A DNA stretch of 44,986 nt from Alphaproteobacteria bacterium (GCA_017452885.1 JAFTLF010000121.1:1-44986), one strand, 5' to 3'; positions 27,233 to 35,803 are shown, counted from the stretch's first letter. Translations and numbers: made by a program. Notes: generated by a model not told the origin, from the sequence alone.

Positions 27233-27746
27233 TGCTTAAATCAATCCAATAAAAACATTCACCATAATCGTTGCAAGGCTCTATTTTTTCAAGTACACCG
27301 CCATTGTTTTCGCAAACTTTACGTGAACGAATGTTGTAATCGCGTATTGTTATCAAAACCTTATCCAGACCTTTAGCTTTGGCAAAGCTTAAAACTTCTG
27401 CTAAAATACGATTCCCCCATTTATTTCCTCGACAAGAAGGGCGTATTCCATAACCTATATTGCCTCCGTGTTGACGTAAAAAATCATTAAGAAAATGGCG
27501 TAATTTGATTAATCCCACCGGTTTGTTGTCAACAAACAGCAGATAATATGTTCCTGGAACATATCCTTCTTTAAGATTTTTGCCGAAACTATGATCTACT
27601 TCCTTTTGGCAAAATTCCGTAAATTCATCACGACTTAAACCGTGTGCCGGATTTTCAAAACCGTCTTCCTCTGCCGGAATTTCTTGAAACATTTGATAAA
27701 CCTCTTCATCCTCAAAAGGCCTAATAGGACGCAATTCAAATTTCAT
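27225..27746 (-). CDS. GNAT family N-acetyltransferase
   Basis: IGYGIRPSCRGNKWGNRILAEVLSFAKAKGLDKVLITIRDYNIRSRKVCENNGG matches the acetyl-CoA binding R/Q-x-x-G-x-G/A region and the downstream N-x-x-S motif. Confidence 0.85.
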   Translation of the reverse strand: MKFELRPIRPFEDEEVYQMFQEIPAEEDGFENPAHGLSRDEFTEFCQKEVDHSFGKNLKEGYVPGTYYLLFVDNKPVGLIKLRHFLNDFLRQHGGNIGYGIRPSCRGNKWGNRILAEVLSFAKAKGLDKVLITIRDYNIRSRKVCENNGGVLEKIEPCNDYGECFYWIDLSNA

Positions 27747-27748
27747 AT

Positions 27749-28534
27749 TTAGTTCTCCACTTGACAGATTGAAATATCAGGAAACATTTTTTCTGCAACA
27801 TCCCTATAATGCTCATTTAAAGAGCTTACCAAAAATTTATAATTGTGATTACGACTGAGGCAAATATCTATTTCAATATGACGATTCAAATAATCTTTAA
27901 GTTTATTTCCCATAAATTCATCTTGAGAAATAATTCTTACTTTGGGCAAAGCTTGGCGAAAATATGTTTTAAGTAACGGGTAGTGTGTACATCCCAAAAT
28001 TAAAGAATCCATATCAACAAAATGAGAGGCATATTCTTTTACTGCCGTAGATGCCGTTTCAAAATCGTTATTTTCTATAGCCGGAACCAGATCCGGTGCT
28101 GCAATTTCTTTAATTTCCAACTTTGGTTTAATTTTGTGCAGTTCTGCGGTGTAAATTTTTGAAGCAACTGTTGCATTGGTCGCAATAACGCCAACTTTTG
28201 AAGCGTTACCCAACAAAGCTTCTTCCACTGTAGGTATAACCACGCCCAATACTTTGACATCAGGGGCATAAGCCGGAATAAATTTTTGTTGAATATAGCG
28301 CAAAGCAATTGATGTTGCCGTATTGCAGGCAATAATAATGATACCGCATTTTTGAGTTATCAAATATTTTATTGCTTCAAGCGTATAAGACAAAATTTGT
28401 GCTGAACTTTTCTCACCATAGGGCAAATTAGCAGTATCTCCGTAATACACATAATCATATTCCGGCATAACATGAATCAATGATTTGGTAATAACCAAAC
28501 CACCCAATCCGGAATCAAAAACGCCTATTTTCAT
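27749..28534 (-). CDS. murI: Glutamate racemase
   Basis: IGVFDSGLGGL, YYGDTANLPYG, IIIACNTAT (first catalytic Cys) and LGCTHYPLL (second catalytic Cys). ATG 28532-28534 with AGGA upstream is preferred over the track GTG at 28552. Confidence 0.93.
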   Translation of the reverse strand: MKIGVFDSGLGGLVITKSLIHVMPEYDYVYYGDTANLPYGEKSSAQILSYTLEAIKYLITQKCGIIIIACNTATSIALRYIQQKFIPAYAPDVKVLGVVIPTVEEALLGNASKVGVIATNATVASKIYTAELHKIKPKLEIKEIAAPDLVPAIENNDFETASTAVKEYASHFVDMDSLILGCTHYPLLKTYFRQALPKVRIISQDEFMGNKLKDYLNRHIEIDICLSRNHNYKFLVSSLNEHYRDVAEKMFPDISICQVEN

Positions 28535-28598
28535 TTTTATCCTGCCCGACACAACTGCCCCAAAATTTTGGGGCAGTTTTTTGCAAAATGGTTATTTA

Positions 28599-29987
28599 CT
28601 AATATCCAGCTTTGATTTTTTCAATTAATTCCTTAACTGACGGAACGCCATTGCGGTACAAGGGATCCGTTGCAAAGCGATAAACCTGATGACCGGCAAA
28701 CAGCAAATTATCCATAATGCTACCGTTATGACTTACATCATACAATGTTTTATGAATGCAATAAGAGCGTGGATCAGGAAGTCTGCCGCTTGAGCCGTTT
28801 GCTTGTGACCATGAAGAAAACTGGCACTGTGACAAACAACCGACGCAATTTTTACGATCTTCTTTCATCTGAATCCACTCATTCGGAGTAAGAAAGACAA
28901 CCGTATTATCCGGCGTTTCTTTAATTTCTGTAGATCCTTTTTCAATTTGAGATTTGGCTTTTCCGCTGTCTTCTGGCTTAATATAAACTACTTTGGTTTC
29001 ACTTATTTTCAAAATATCGGAAAATTCTTCATTTTTTTCTCGTGAAAAAGCAATTTCACCGTCTTTACGCTCAATCAATCGTTCCAAAAAAGTATTTTTG
29101 ATAGCTGATGAAAAAAATCCGGTAGGGCTGAATTTCTGAAGAATAACATCGCCCTTTTTCAGCTGAAGCATCAGTTTTTTCCACGCATCACTGATAGGAC
29201 TTTCTTTAGTAATCATCGGGCGTGTACCGAACTGAAAAGCAATTTTACCAATATCCGGATTATCAATATAATCTTCCCAGTCATTAAGTGACCACACACC
29301 ACCGGCCAAAATAATCGGCTTTTCGGATAGACCGAGTTCATTCATTGTTTTGCGCAATTCAACCAAACGCATATAAGGTGTTTGAGGTTCATTGGGATTC
29401 TCTGCATTAGACAAACCGTTATGCCCGCCGGCCAACCACGGGTCTTCATAAACAACACCGCCCAAAAATTCAACAAAATTTTTGTATGCGCGTTTCCAAA
29501 GCACCTGAAAAGCTCGTGCAGAAGATACGATTGGGTAATAATATGTGCTGAAACGAGATGCTATCTCTCCAAGATTATAGGGCAATCCTGCACCACATGT
29601 TACACCATGAATTAAACCTTTTGCCTGCTCCAAAACACTGGTTAAAATTCTTTGTGACCCAGCAAGTTCCCACAACATATTCATATGAATGCGACCTTGA
29701 CCGTCAGAAACCTCATGAGCTATTTTTGCTTGTGCTAAACATCCTTTGATAGATTGCTCGACCATTTCTTCATGGCGAGATTTACGATCTTTGCTAAAAT
29801 ATCTTTCAAAAAGGACAGTTCCTTTTTCATCATAATAGTCCGGACTGACACCAGAAAATGTTCCAACACAATTTTCGTGAGCCCACGCTCCGGAGGATCG
29901 TCCATCACTGGCATTAATACCTTTACCACCTTCAATCAGTGGCAAAACTTCTCTTCCGGATATTAAAATCGGATTTAATGTTTTCAA
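28599..29987 (-). CDS. Nitronate monooxygenase / NAD(P)H-dependent flavin oxidoreductase family protein (long form)
   Basis: PLIEGGKGINAS, VTCGAGLPYN and PIILAGGVWSL...FQFGTRPMITKESP suggest a TIM-barrel FMN-binding layout. There is a C-terminal Cys-rich extension CVGCLSQC. Confidence 0.75.
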   Translation of the reverse strand: MKTLNPILISGREVLPLIEGGKGINASDGRSSGAWAHENCVGTFSGVSPDYYDEKGTVLFERYFSKDRKSRHEEMVEQSIKGCLAQAKIAHEVSDGQGRIHMNMLWELAGSQRILTSVLEQAKGLIHGVTCGAGLPYNLGEIASRFSTYYYPIVSSARAFQVLWKRAYKNFVEFLGGVVYEDPWLAGGHNGLSNAENPNEPQTPYMRLVELRKTMNELGLSEKPIILAGGVWSLNDWEDYIDNPDIGKIAFQFGTRPMITKESPISDAWKKLMLQLKKGDVILQKFSPTGFFSSAIKNTFLERLIERKDGEIAFSREKNEEFSDILKISETKVVYIKPEDSGKAKSQIEKGSTEIKETPDNTVVFLTPNEWIQMKEDRKNCVGCLSQCQFSSWSQANGSSGRLPDPRSYCIHKTLYDVSHNGSIMDNLLFAGHQVYRFATDPLYRNGVPSVKELIEKIKAGY

Positions 29988-30057
29988 GTTTTATTTCCTT
30001 TAGCATAATCTGTTTGAAACAGATCAAATTATTATACAACGCCTAAATATAATAAAA

Positions 30058-31512
30058 TTATAATGCTAAATCAAGGATGTTCTTCGGAATATCATTCACC
30101 GATACCAGAGCGACAATTATGCAAATAAGAGCATATACTTGCAACATATTGGTAATTTCTTTGTTTTGCAGCAACGGAAAAATGTTTCCGTATTTGTGTA
30201 TAAAACGATTGACACCCAACATAATTAGTGTAACCGCAATAGCTTGCAATCCCAATCCTATCGTATTGAGCCATTTTTTTAACGGCAAGATAATTGGATA
30301 CAAAAAGCTGAAAAACAGCATATAAACAGCCAAAATGCCATAAGAAATTTTTTGCATTTTATGGCTAAAGGCTTGCTTTTCCGCTTTATCTTTTTTGATT
30401 TTTTCATCAGATAAATCAGCAATTTCGATTCCGCGAATTGTTTCAGGTGTTTGTTTTTGTTTTTTTATATTGCGTATTTCTTGATAAAATTTATCTTCTG
30501 TCATACACAATCCGCACCCCTTATTGGTAAAATAAACATGGTTAGGATTGTTTTTGCATTGTCGCAAGCTATGCATTAATGTCCATAAATGTTCTTGCCA
30601 TTCATAGGCGGTTGGGCGCTCTCCTCCTTTGGCAAAAGCACGTTCAAACATCTCCAACGTGGTTTTATCAAAATATTCATGCAGGGTGTAAGGGTGTGGA
30701 GCCTGATATTTATCCGGCCACAGACCATAGGCATAATGATAAGCTTCAATACGATTTTGTATGGTCAGCATTTCTTCGTCATTTTTGCGAGGAGTGCCGG
30801 AAAATGGATGTATTCCATTATTCAGTAGCTTAAAGATGATTACAGCCAATGCAAATTTATCCTGTTCTTCTCCCATTTCCTCGCAAGACAAGTTCATTCC
30901 TTCCGGATAAATATATTCTTCAGTTACAAACTCTGCCGGATAGCGAGCGCGCTCTCCTTTGATTGAAAAACCATCGCAATCAACCATTGCAACCAACATA
31001 TTTGATTTATATACAGACACATTTGACGGCTTCAAGTCCACAATATAATGTCCGCATTTGTGCAATGCCGTTACCATGGATGCAACATTATAAGCAGCAA
31101 AAATCCGATAAGCATATTTATCAGATAGTCCGAGTTTTTTGCGAATTGCTTTTTGCATAAGATGATCAAGCGAAACCGCTTCGCTCATATTTATAAGCGG
31201 CATCATATATCCGACACAAAATCCTTTTTCATCTTCCAAAATCGCTTCTGGCCAAGCAATTTGTGTATATTGCACACCATCGGTTTCCACCGGAGCAAAA
31301 TTGGGTTTATTAAGTAACATTGCCTCAAGTTTTTGCCTATTGGTGCGGCTTTTATCGGTATTGTGAAAAATTTTTGCTACTAATTCGGGGCGATTTTTTA
31401 CACTAAAAATTCGACCTGATGCCCCGCCGCGATTAAGAAGCTTATCAAGAGTAACTTTTCCGAAAGAACCGTCGGCATAGACGGCATTATAAATTGAGCT
31501 GTCATTTGTCAT
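30058..31512 (-). CDS. Ser/Thr protein kinase-like protein with C-terminal Cys cluster and three TM helices (YegI / TerY-P triad kinase type)
   Basis: GGASGRIF (Gly-loop-like), VAKIFH (VAIK Lys), GHYIVDLKPSNV (catalytic loop), VDCDGF (DFG equivalent), QDKFALAVIIFKLL. Then CKNNPNHVYFTNKGCGLC and the TM spans ISYGILAVYMLFFSFLYPIILPL, IGLGLQAIAVTLIMLGV, MLQVYALICIIVALVSV. ATG 31510-31512 overlaps the upstream TGA (ATGA). Confidence 0.8.
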   Translation of the reverse strand: MTNDSSIYNAVYADGSFGKVTLDKLLNRGGASGRIFSVKNRPELVAKIFHNTDKSRTNRQKLEAMLLNKPNFAPVETDGVQYTQIAWPEAILEDEKGFCVGYMMPLINMSEAVSLDHLMQKAIRKKLGLSDKYAYRIFAAYNVASMVTALHKCGHYIVDLKPSNVSVYKSNMLVAMVDCDGFSIKGERARYPAEFVTEEYIYPEGMNLSCEEMGEEQDKFALAVIIFKLLNNGIHPFSGTPRKNDEEMLTIQNRIEAYHYAYGLWPDKYQAPHPYTLHEYFDKTTLEMFERAFAKGGERPTAYEWQEHLWTLMHSLRQCKNNPNHVYFTNKGCGLCMTEDKFYQEIRNIKKQKQTPETIRGIEIADLSDEKIKKDKAEKQAFSHKMQKISYGILAVYMLFFSFLYPIILPLKKWLNTIGLGLQAIAVTLIMLGVNRFIHKYGNIFPLLQNKEITNMLQVYALICIIVALVSVNDIPKNILDLAL

Positions 31513-32261
31513 TTTGCCAACCTTATCCATACTAAAGTTTTGTCATCCGAATTAATCCGCTGAGCTTTGGGCATATCCAGAGTATTGTTAAGCGCTCGCA
31601 AAGCTTTTTGTTTGTTTTTTTCATTGATAAGATATGTATTAATCGGAGAAGTAAAGCCTTTTTCAATTTTCATAAAGTCCGGACTAAACGAAAAATTACT
31701 TACTCCGTCACTCATCAAAAAGACACTTTTGGCATTTTCAAAATTTAAGAAACGCAGATTTTCCAACCAAGCTTGTTGAGTGTAAAAAAATGTTTCGCAG
31801 GCAAATAACCCATTTTCGGGACGAGAAGCAATAAATTGCTCATGTTCATCATCCAAAAAAGCGATTCCGGCACCATCTCCGATATGGAAGAACAGTCCTT
31901 TTCCTTTATAATATACCATTCCGATAATTGTTGCGCTAAAATCCGCCAATCCTTGTTCGTTTTTAAATTTATTAAAGCGGTGGCGACATAATTTTTCGCG
32001 ACTGATACGTACGGCATGAATAACAGCATCTCGTATTTTGTTCCACGGCGCATTTTTCAAAAGGTCACACAGAGTTTCGCAAGCCGTTTTGGCACCGATT
32101 TTGCTGAATTTGGCGGATCCTGCGCCGTCAGAAACCACGGCCACAAAATTTTTGCCTTGCGCATGTTTGAAATAATCCTGACACGGTATATTATTACGAC
32201 GGTGCAAAACACCGCGTACGCTGGTTGCTACAATGCGTATGTTTGAACAACAACTATTCAT
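31509..32261 (-). CDS. PP2C-family Ser/Thr phosphatase-like protein
   Basis: SVRGVLHRRNNIPCQDYF, FVAVVSDGAGSAKFS, FHIGDGAGIAF and VFLMSDGVSNF are PP2C-like metal-binding Asp/Gly motifs. ATG 32259-32261 is preferred; the track start 32282 is a TTG. Confidence 0.8.
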   Translation of the reverse strand: MNSCCSNIRIVATSVRGVLHRRNNIPCQDYFKHAQGKNFVAVVSDGAGSAKFSKIGAKTACETLCDLLKNAPWNKIRDAVIHAVRISREKLCRHRFNKFKNEQGLADFSATIIGMVYYKGKGLFFHIGDGAGIAFLDDEHEQFIASRPENGLFACETFFYTQQAWLENLRFLNFENAKSVFLMSDGVSNFSFSPDFMKIEKGFTSPINTYLINEKNKQKALRALNNTLDMPKAQRINSDDKTLVWIRLAK

Positions 32262-32934
32262 CCCATTCGCCGGTATCTTCAATCAAATCGGGAGCATTTG
32301 GCGCTGCGCGAGAAACACAAGAAACACTGCGGCTTAACCACAGGAAAAATTCTGTAAACTTTAAGCCAGTCAAACGTTTGGGCGTGATTGTCGAAAACTT
32401 AGCCAATTTATCAAGATTAGCTCCTTGAGTGCCGACGGCGTGAATAACTACTTTTTTGTTATTTTGTGCCGCAATACATTTTTTGGCAACAATTTCCCAG
32501 TCATAGTCAGTAGGTTCGCCGTCACTGATAAGGAATATCCATGGCCGCTTAGAGGTAATTCCGCAACTGTCATAAAGACATTTTTGCTCTTCAATTTTTT
32601 TCAGGGCAAGTTCCATTGCTTTGCCCAAAGGTGTCAAACCGGAAGCTTCCATGGTGGGAGCTTCAAAATTCATCGCGTCTACCCAATCCGAAGATATTAC
32701 GGCTTCATCTTTGCCAAACGCTTTAATAATCAACAGTTGTACACGTGAGCTTGCATCAATATCTTCTTTCAGCTCTTGTTCCAAGGCTTTAAGTCCGGCA
32801 TTGAGTTGTTTAATAGGCTCTCCGCGCATTGAGCCGGAACAGTCCAACACTAACACACAAGGTGTACGTTCATTGGCATTATCTGCAAATTCCACATAGG
32901 GAATTAAATCATTTTCAATATCGCTTACAGCCAT
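32254..32934 (-). CDS. Cytoplasmic von Willebrand factor A domain protein with intact MIDAS (TerY/YegL-like)
   Basis: PCVLVLDCSGSMRG (D-x-S-x-S), SGLTPLG (Thr) and FLISDGEPTD (Asp). There is no signal peptide. AAGGA lies 8-9 nt upstream of the ATG. Confidence 0.85.
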   Translation of the reverse strand: MAVSDIENDLIPYVEFADNANERTPCVLVLDCSGSMRGEPIKQLNAGLKALEQELKEDIDASSRVQLLIIKAFGKDEAVISSDWVDAMNFEAPTMEASGLTPLGKAMELALKKIEEQKCLYDSCGITSKRPWIFLISDGEPTDYDWEIVAKKCIAAQNNKKVVIHAVGTQGANLDKLAKFSTITPKRLTGLKFTEFFLWLSRSVSCVSRAAPNAPDLIEDTGEWDE

Positions 32935-32951
32935 TATAACATCCTTTTTGT

Positions 32952-33074
32952 TTAGTATTTTGGATAGGTATGAGGATAACCACTTCCTTCAAAAGGTTCA
33001 GGAGCGGACATTTTGCCGCATGCGCTTAGAGTAACCGCAGATAATATCAAAAATATTAATAAACCTTTTTTCAT
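32952..33074 (-). CDS. Unlisted 40-aa lipoprotein ORF heading the vWA operon
   Basis: Hand translation: MKKGLLIFLILSAVTLSACGKMSAPEPFEGSGYPHTYPKY*. The lipobox is LSAC. AAGGA lies ~9 nt upstream. The stop is 17 nt before the vWA ATG. Confidence 0.45.
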   Translation of the reverse strand: MKKGLLIFLILSAVTLSACGKMSAPEPFEGSGYPHTYPKY

Positions 33075-33159
33075 ATACCATTCCTTTACCAGTTTGCACT
33101 ATACTACATCTTATAGCAGTTAAGGGTTAAGCAAAAATTAAGTTATACAGATAAAATCC

Positions 33160-33705
33160 ATGTTAAAAAAGACACTATTAATATTTTGTTGTTTGCTTTT
33201 CAGTTTCAATGCAGAGGCCAAGAAGGGTGTAAATATTTTTGCATATTCACGACCTGCGCCGGAAACCGCATTTTATAATAAATATGGACAACGAACAACC
33301 ATAAGCGACTTCAAGGGCGATTTTGTATTGTTAAATTTCTGGTCACGGCATTGCGTACCTTGTATTAAAGAATTGGATGACCTCAACAATTTTGTGCTAA
33401 AAACAAAAGATACCGGTATTCGTGTTTTAATTATCAGTAAAGATGACGAATGGGTTTCTGCCCGCGAGCAAAAGGAATTGCTTGAAAAATATCGCGCTCC
33501 TGATTTAGATTTTTACATTGATAAAGGCGGTAAACTCGCCGGCGATTTTGGTATTTTCGCTTCTCCGCATACGGTTCTGATAAACAAGTTTGGAGATGAA
33601 TTCGGACGTATCAGTGGTTCTGTGGATTGGGATGACGAAGATATTATCGAAAAAATTTATAGCATAAAAGTAAAATACGGAGAAGGATTACCGCATAATG
33701 ACTAA
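33160..33705 (+). CDS. Periplasmic thiol:disulfide oxidoreductase, TlpA/ResA/DsbE-like thioredoxin fold
   Basis: Signal peptide MLKKTLLIFCCLLFSFNAEA and the active site FWSRHCVPCIKE (CxxC). Confidence 0.85.
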   Translation: MLKKTLLIFCCLLFSFNAEAKKGVNIFAYSRPAPETAFYNKYGQRTTISDFKGDFVLLNFWSRHCVPCIKELDDLNNFVLKTKDTGIRVLIISKDDEWVSAREQKELLEKYRAPDLDFYIDKGGKLAGDFGIFASPHTVLINKFGDEFGRISGSVDWDDEDIIEKIYSIKVKYGEGLPHND

Positions 33706-34132
33706 TAAAATCTATCTGACTTGGGATGAATTTTATTCCCATGCTAAGCTTCTTGTATCTAAGATAAAGTCTTCCGGAACAGAGTATAATCGCATTGTTG
33801 CCGTTAGCCGCGGAGGTTTAATTCCAGCCGGAATATTAGCATACGAGCTGGATATTCGCAATTGTGATACGATTAATATGGCAAGCTATGACGGAACTAA
33901 AAAACGCAATGATGATGAAATAAAAATTGCCGAAACATTGCAAAACATTGATGACAAGACACTGATTGTTGATGATTTATCTGACAGTGGACGAACTTTT
34001 AGAATCTTGCGTAAATTATATCCTCAGGCTTGTTTTGTTGCTGTTTACAGCAAAGAAAAAGGCAAAGATGTTGTAGACATCTTTGCCTCGGAAATGCCAG
34101 ACAATTGGATTGTTTTCCCGTGGGATTTGTGA
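33698..34132 (+). CDS. gpt: Xanthine-guanine phosphoribosyltransferase
   Basis: YLTWDEFYSHAKLL...IVAVSRGGLIPAGILAYEL...LIVDDLSDSGRT (PRPP loop)...WIVFPWD closely parallels E. coli Gpt. Confidence 0.93.
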   Translation: MTNKIYLTWDEFYSHAKLLVSKIKSSGTEYNRIVAVSRGGLIPAGILAYELDIRNCDTINMASYDGTKKRNDDEIKIAETLQNIDDKTLIVDDLSDSGRTFRILRKLYPQACFVAVYSKEKGKDVVDIFASEMPDNWIVFPWDL

Positions 34133-35110
34133 TTATTCATCACGAATTTTAATATCAGGAAACATTGCTAAACCTCTGGACATACGCGTCATTTGAGTTT
34201 CAATAGAGGTTGCCAGATTAAGTCGTCCGGTCTTAATAATACCACGAACTTGATCGCCTTTAGTTGTATCCGGATTAGCAAATAAGAATGAAATTTGCGG
34301 TTTTTTAACTGTTGTGCCCTCAAGTGATTGATGAATAACGCCCAACAGTCCGCGAGACAACAGATCATAAGCCAAATCCTCGCTCATGCCGCCGGAAGAA
34401 GCATATTTAACAACCGAGGCAATTGCATCAGTTACATTATTGGCGTGAATGGTTGATAAAACCATATGTCCCGATGTTGCCGCACGCAAAACTTCACTGG
34501 CGGTATCAGGAGTACGAATTTCTCCAACCATAATATAACGAGGTTTCGATCGAAGAGCAGATTTGAGCGATTCTCCCCACTTGCCGCCAATAGGCAAGGT
34601 TTGTTTACACAATCCTAGTCCTCCGGTTGATACCGGATAAATTCCGTCCAATGGTTGCTCGGTCGGGTCTTCAATTGTATAAGCAAATCCACCTTCAGTT
34701 GATAAAAATTCTTTTAAAAGGCTGGATATAGATGTTGTTTTACCCGAACCGGTTGGTCCTGCCCACAAAATCAAGCCGGAAGATTTGCGCAAACTCATCA
34801 AATAGGTTGATAACTCCTTTGGATAACCCAAAACGCTAAACGGAGCAACTTTCGCCGGCATTTTACGGGCGCAATACTGAACACCGCCGATTGTAATTGA
34901 ACGTTCAACACGATAATAAACATTGTGGTAAGAAACCGAATAGCTGGGATTTTCACCATCCCAAGAGTTTTTTACTAATTCATAAAACTCTTCAAAATCA
35001 TCCGGTTTAAACTCGATTAGAGCATTGGCGGTTCTTTTGTCGGGAATATATGCTACTTTTTCGGGAGTAATATAAATATCGGAAAATTTAGTTTCAGTAA
35101 TATTTGCCAT
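34133..35110 (-). CDS. PilT-like secretion ATPase (T2SSE family, short form)
   Basis: Walker A LWAGPTGSGKTTS, Asp box YTIEDPTE, Walker B RYIMVGEIRT and His box SGHMVLSTIHANN. At 325 aa it lacks the long N-domains and the Zn tetracysteine of the assembly ATPase. Confidence 0.85.
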   Translation of the reverse strand: MANITETKFSDIYITPEKVAYIPDKRTANALIEFKPDDFEEFYELVKNSWDGENPSYSVSYHNVYYRVERSITIGGVQYCARKMPAKVAPFSVLGYPKELSTYLMSLRKSSGLILWAGPTGSGKTTSISSLLKEFLSTEGGFAYTIEDPTEQPLDGIYPVSTGGLGLCKQTLPIGGKWGESLKSALRSKPRYIMVGEIRTPDTASEVLRAATSGHMVLSTIHANNVTDAIASVVKYASSGGMSEDLAYDLLSRGLLGVIHQSLEGTTVKKPQISFLFANPDTTKGDQVRGIIKTGRLNLATSIETQMTRMSRGLAMFPDIKIRDE

Positions 35111-35169
35111 TTTCTGCCTCTTTATATTGAGTTATAATAACGCATTGTAACATTTAGATGTTAATTTTT

Positions 35170-35207
35170 TACAAAGAAAGCCCCGTTTCCGGTCAGAAAC
35201 GGGGTTT
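35170..35207 (-). terminator. Intrinsic terminator after the distal pilin gene
   Basis: ccccgtttc (35181-35189) pairs with gaaacgggg (35196-35204), extendable by A-U/G-U pairs. The - strand then continues with CTTTCTTTGT. Confidence 0.6.
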
Positions 35208-35224
35208 CAATAACTCAAGAGAAA

Positions 35225-35803
35225 TTAGTAGTAAATCCAAGTAATTGAGTTTGTTGCGGTTGGACCGGAACATTCGCTGTAAGCTTGAGGTAATGACACC
35301 GGTAAAGCTTTAGCGGCAGCGTCAGAAGATCCATCATGGCTTGCTGTAAAGCTGGGCGTATCAACTTTAGCTCCGCTGATATTAATGCCGACTAAACCAT
35401 CTGTACCCCAATCGGTACTAGCCAAGCTGGCGCAGGTATCCTTGCCTAATCCGTTGAATGTTATGGCAAAATTTGTATTATTTGCTCCACCGGCAGCAAC
35501 CACAACATCTCCGCCAAAGGCATTATGAAGCGTGGTGCCCGTAATCATGTCACTGGGAGCCAGATTATAATCTACGGCATTGGAGGCGCTTAATCCATCA
35601 TAAGACGGAGAAGTTGCATAAGCCGTACGAATATTCATAAGCAACATTGTCAATTGGTCTTGTGCTTTGGTCAACTTAAATTTTGCCATAGCTTTTGAAT
35701 AACCGGAAATACCGCCAACTGACAAAACACCGATAATTGCAAGCACACCAAGCATTTCGACCATGGAACGCCCGCTTTGTTCACTATTAAATATCTTTTT
35801 CAT
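35225..35803 (-). CDS. Type IV prepilin, paralog 2 (192 aa)
   Basis: Class III signal MKKIFNSEQSG|RSMVEMLGVLAIIGVLSVGG with Gly-1 and Glu+5. A C-terminal Cys pair (KDTCASL...YSECSG) fits a disulfide-bonded D-region. GGGAGAAAG SD. Confidence 0.82.
   Translation of the reverse strand: MKKIFNSEQSGRSMVEMLGVLAIIGVLSVGGISGYSKAMAKFKLTKAQDQLTMLLMNIRTAYATSPSYDGLSASNAVDYNLAPSDMITGTTLHNAFGGDVVVAAGGANNTNFAITFNGLGKDTCASLASTDWGTDGLVGINISGAKVDTPSFTASHDGSSDAAAKALPVSLPQAYSECSGPTATNSITWIYY
35507..35803 (-). repeat. Copy 1 of a ~300-bp direct repeat (5' halves of the two pilin genes)
   Basis: It matches 36206..36502 at a constant 699-bp offset. I see only 4 mismatches across roughly 35616..35790. The encoded first 99 aa differ at 6 positions. 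Confidence 0.85.

Noticed and set aside
30001-30057. AT-rich 7-bp hairpin (atctgtt-tga-aacagat) downstream of the kinase gene as a terminator
   Set aside because: The stem is short and weak and has no following U-tract on the transcribed strand, so it cannot be supported as an intrinsic terminator.
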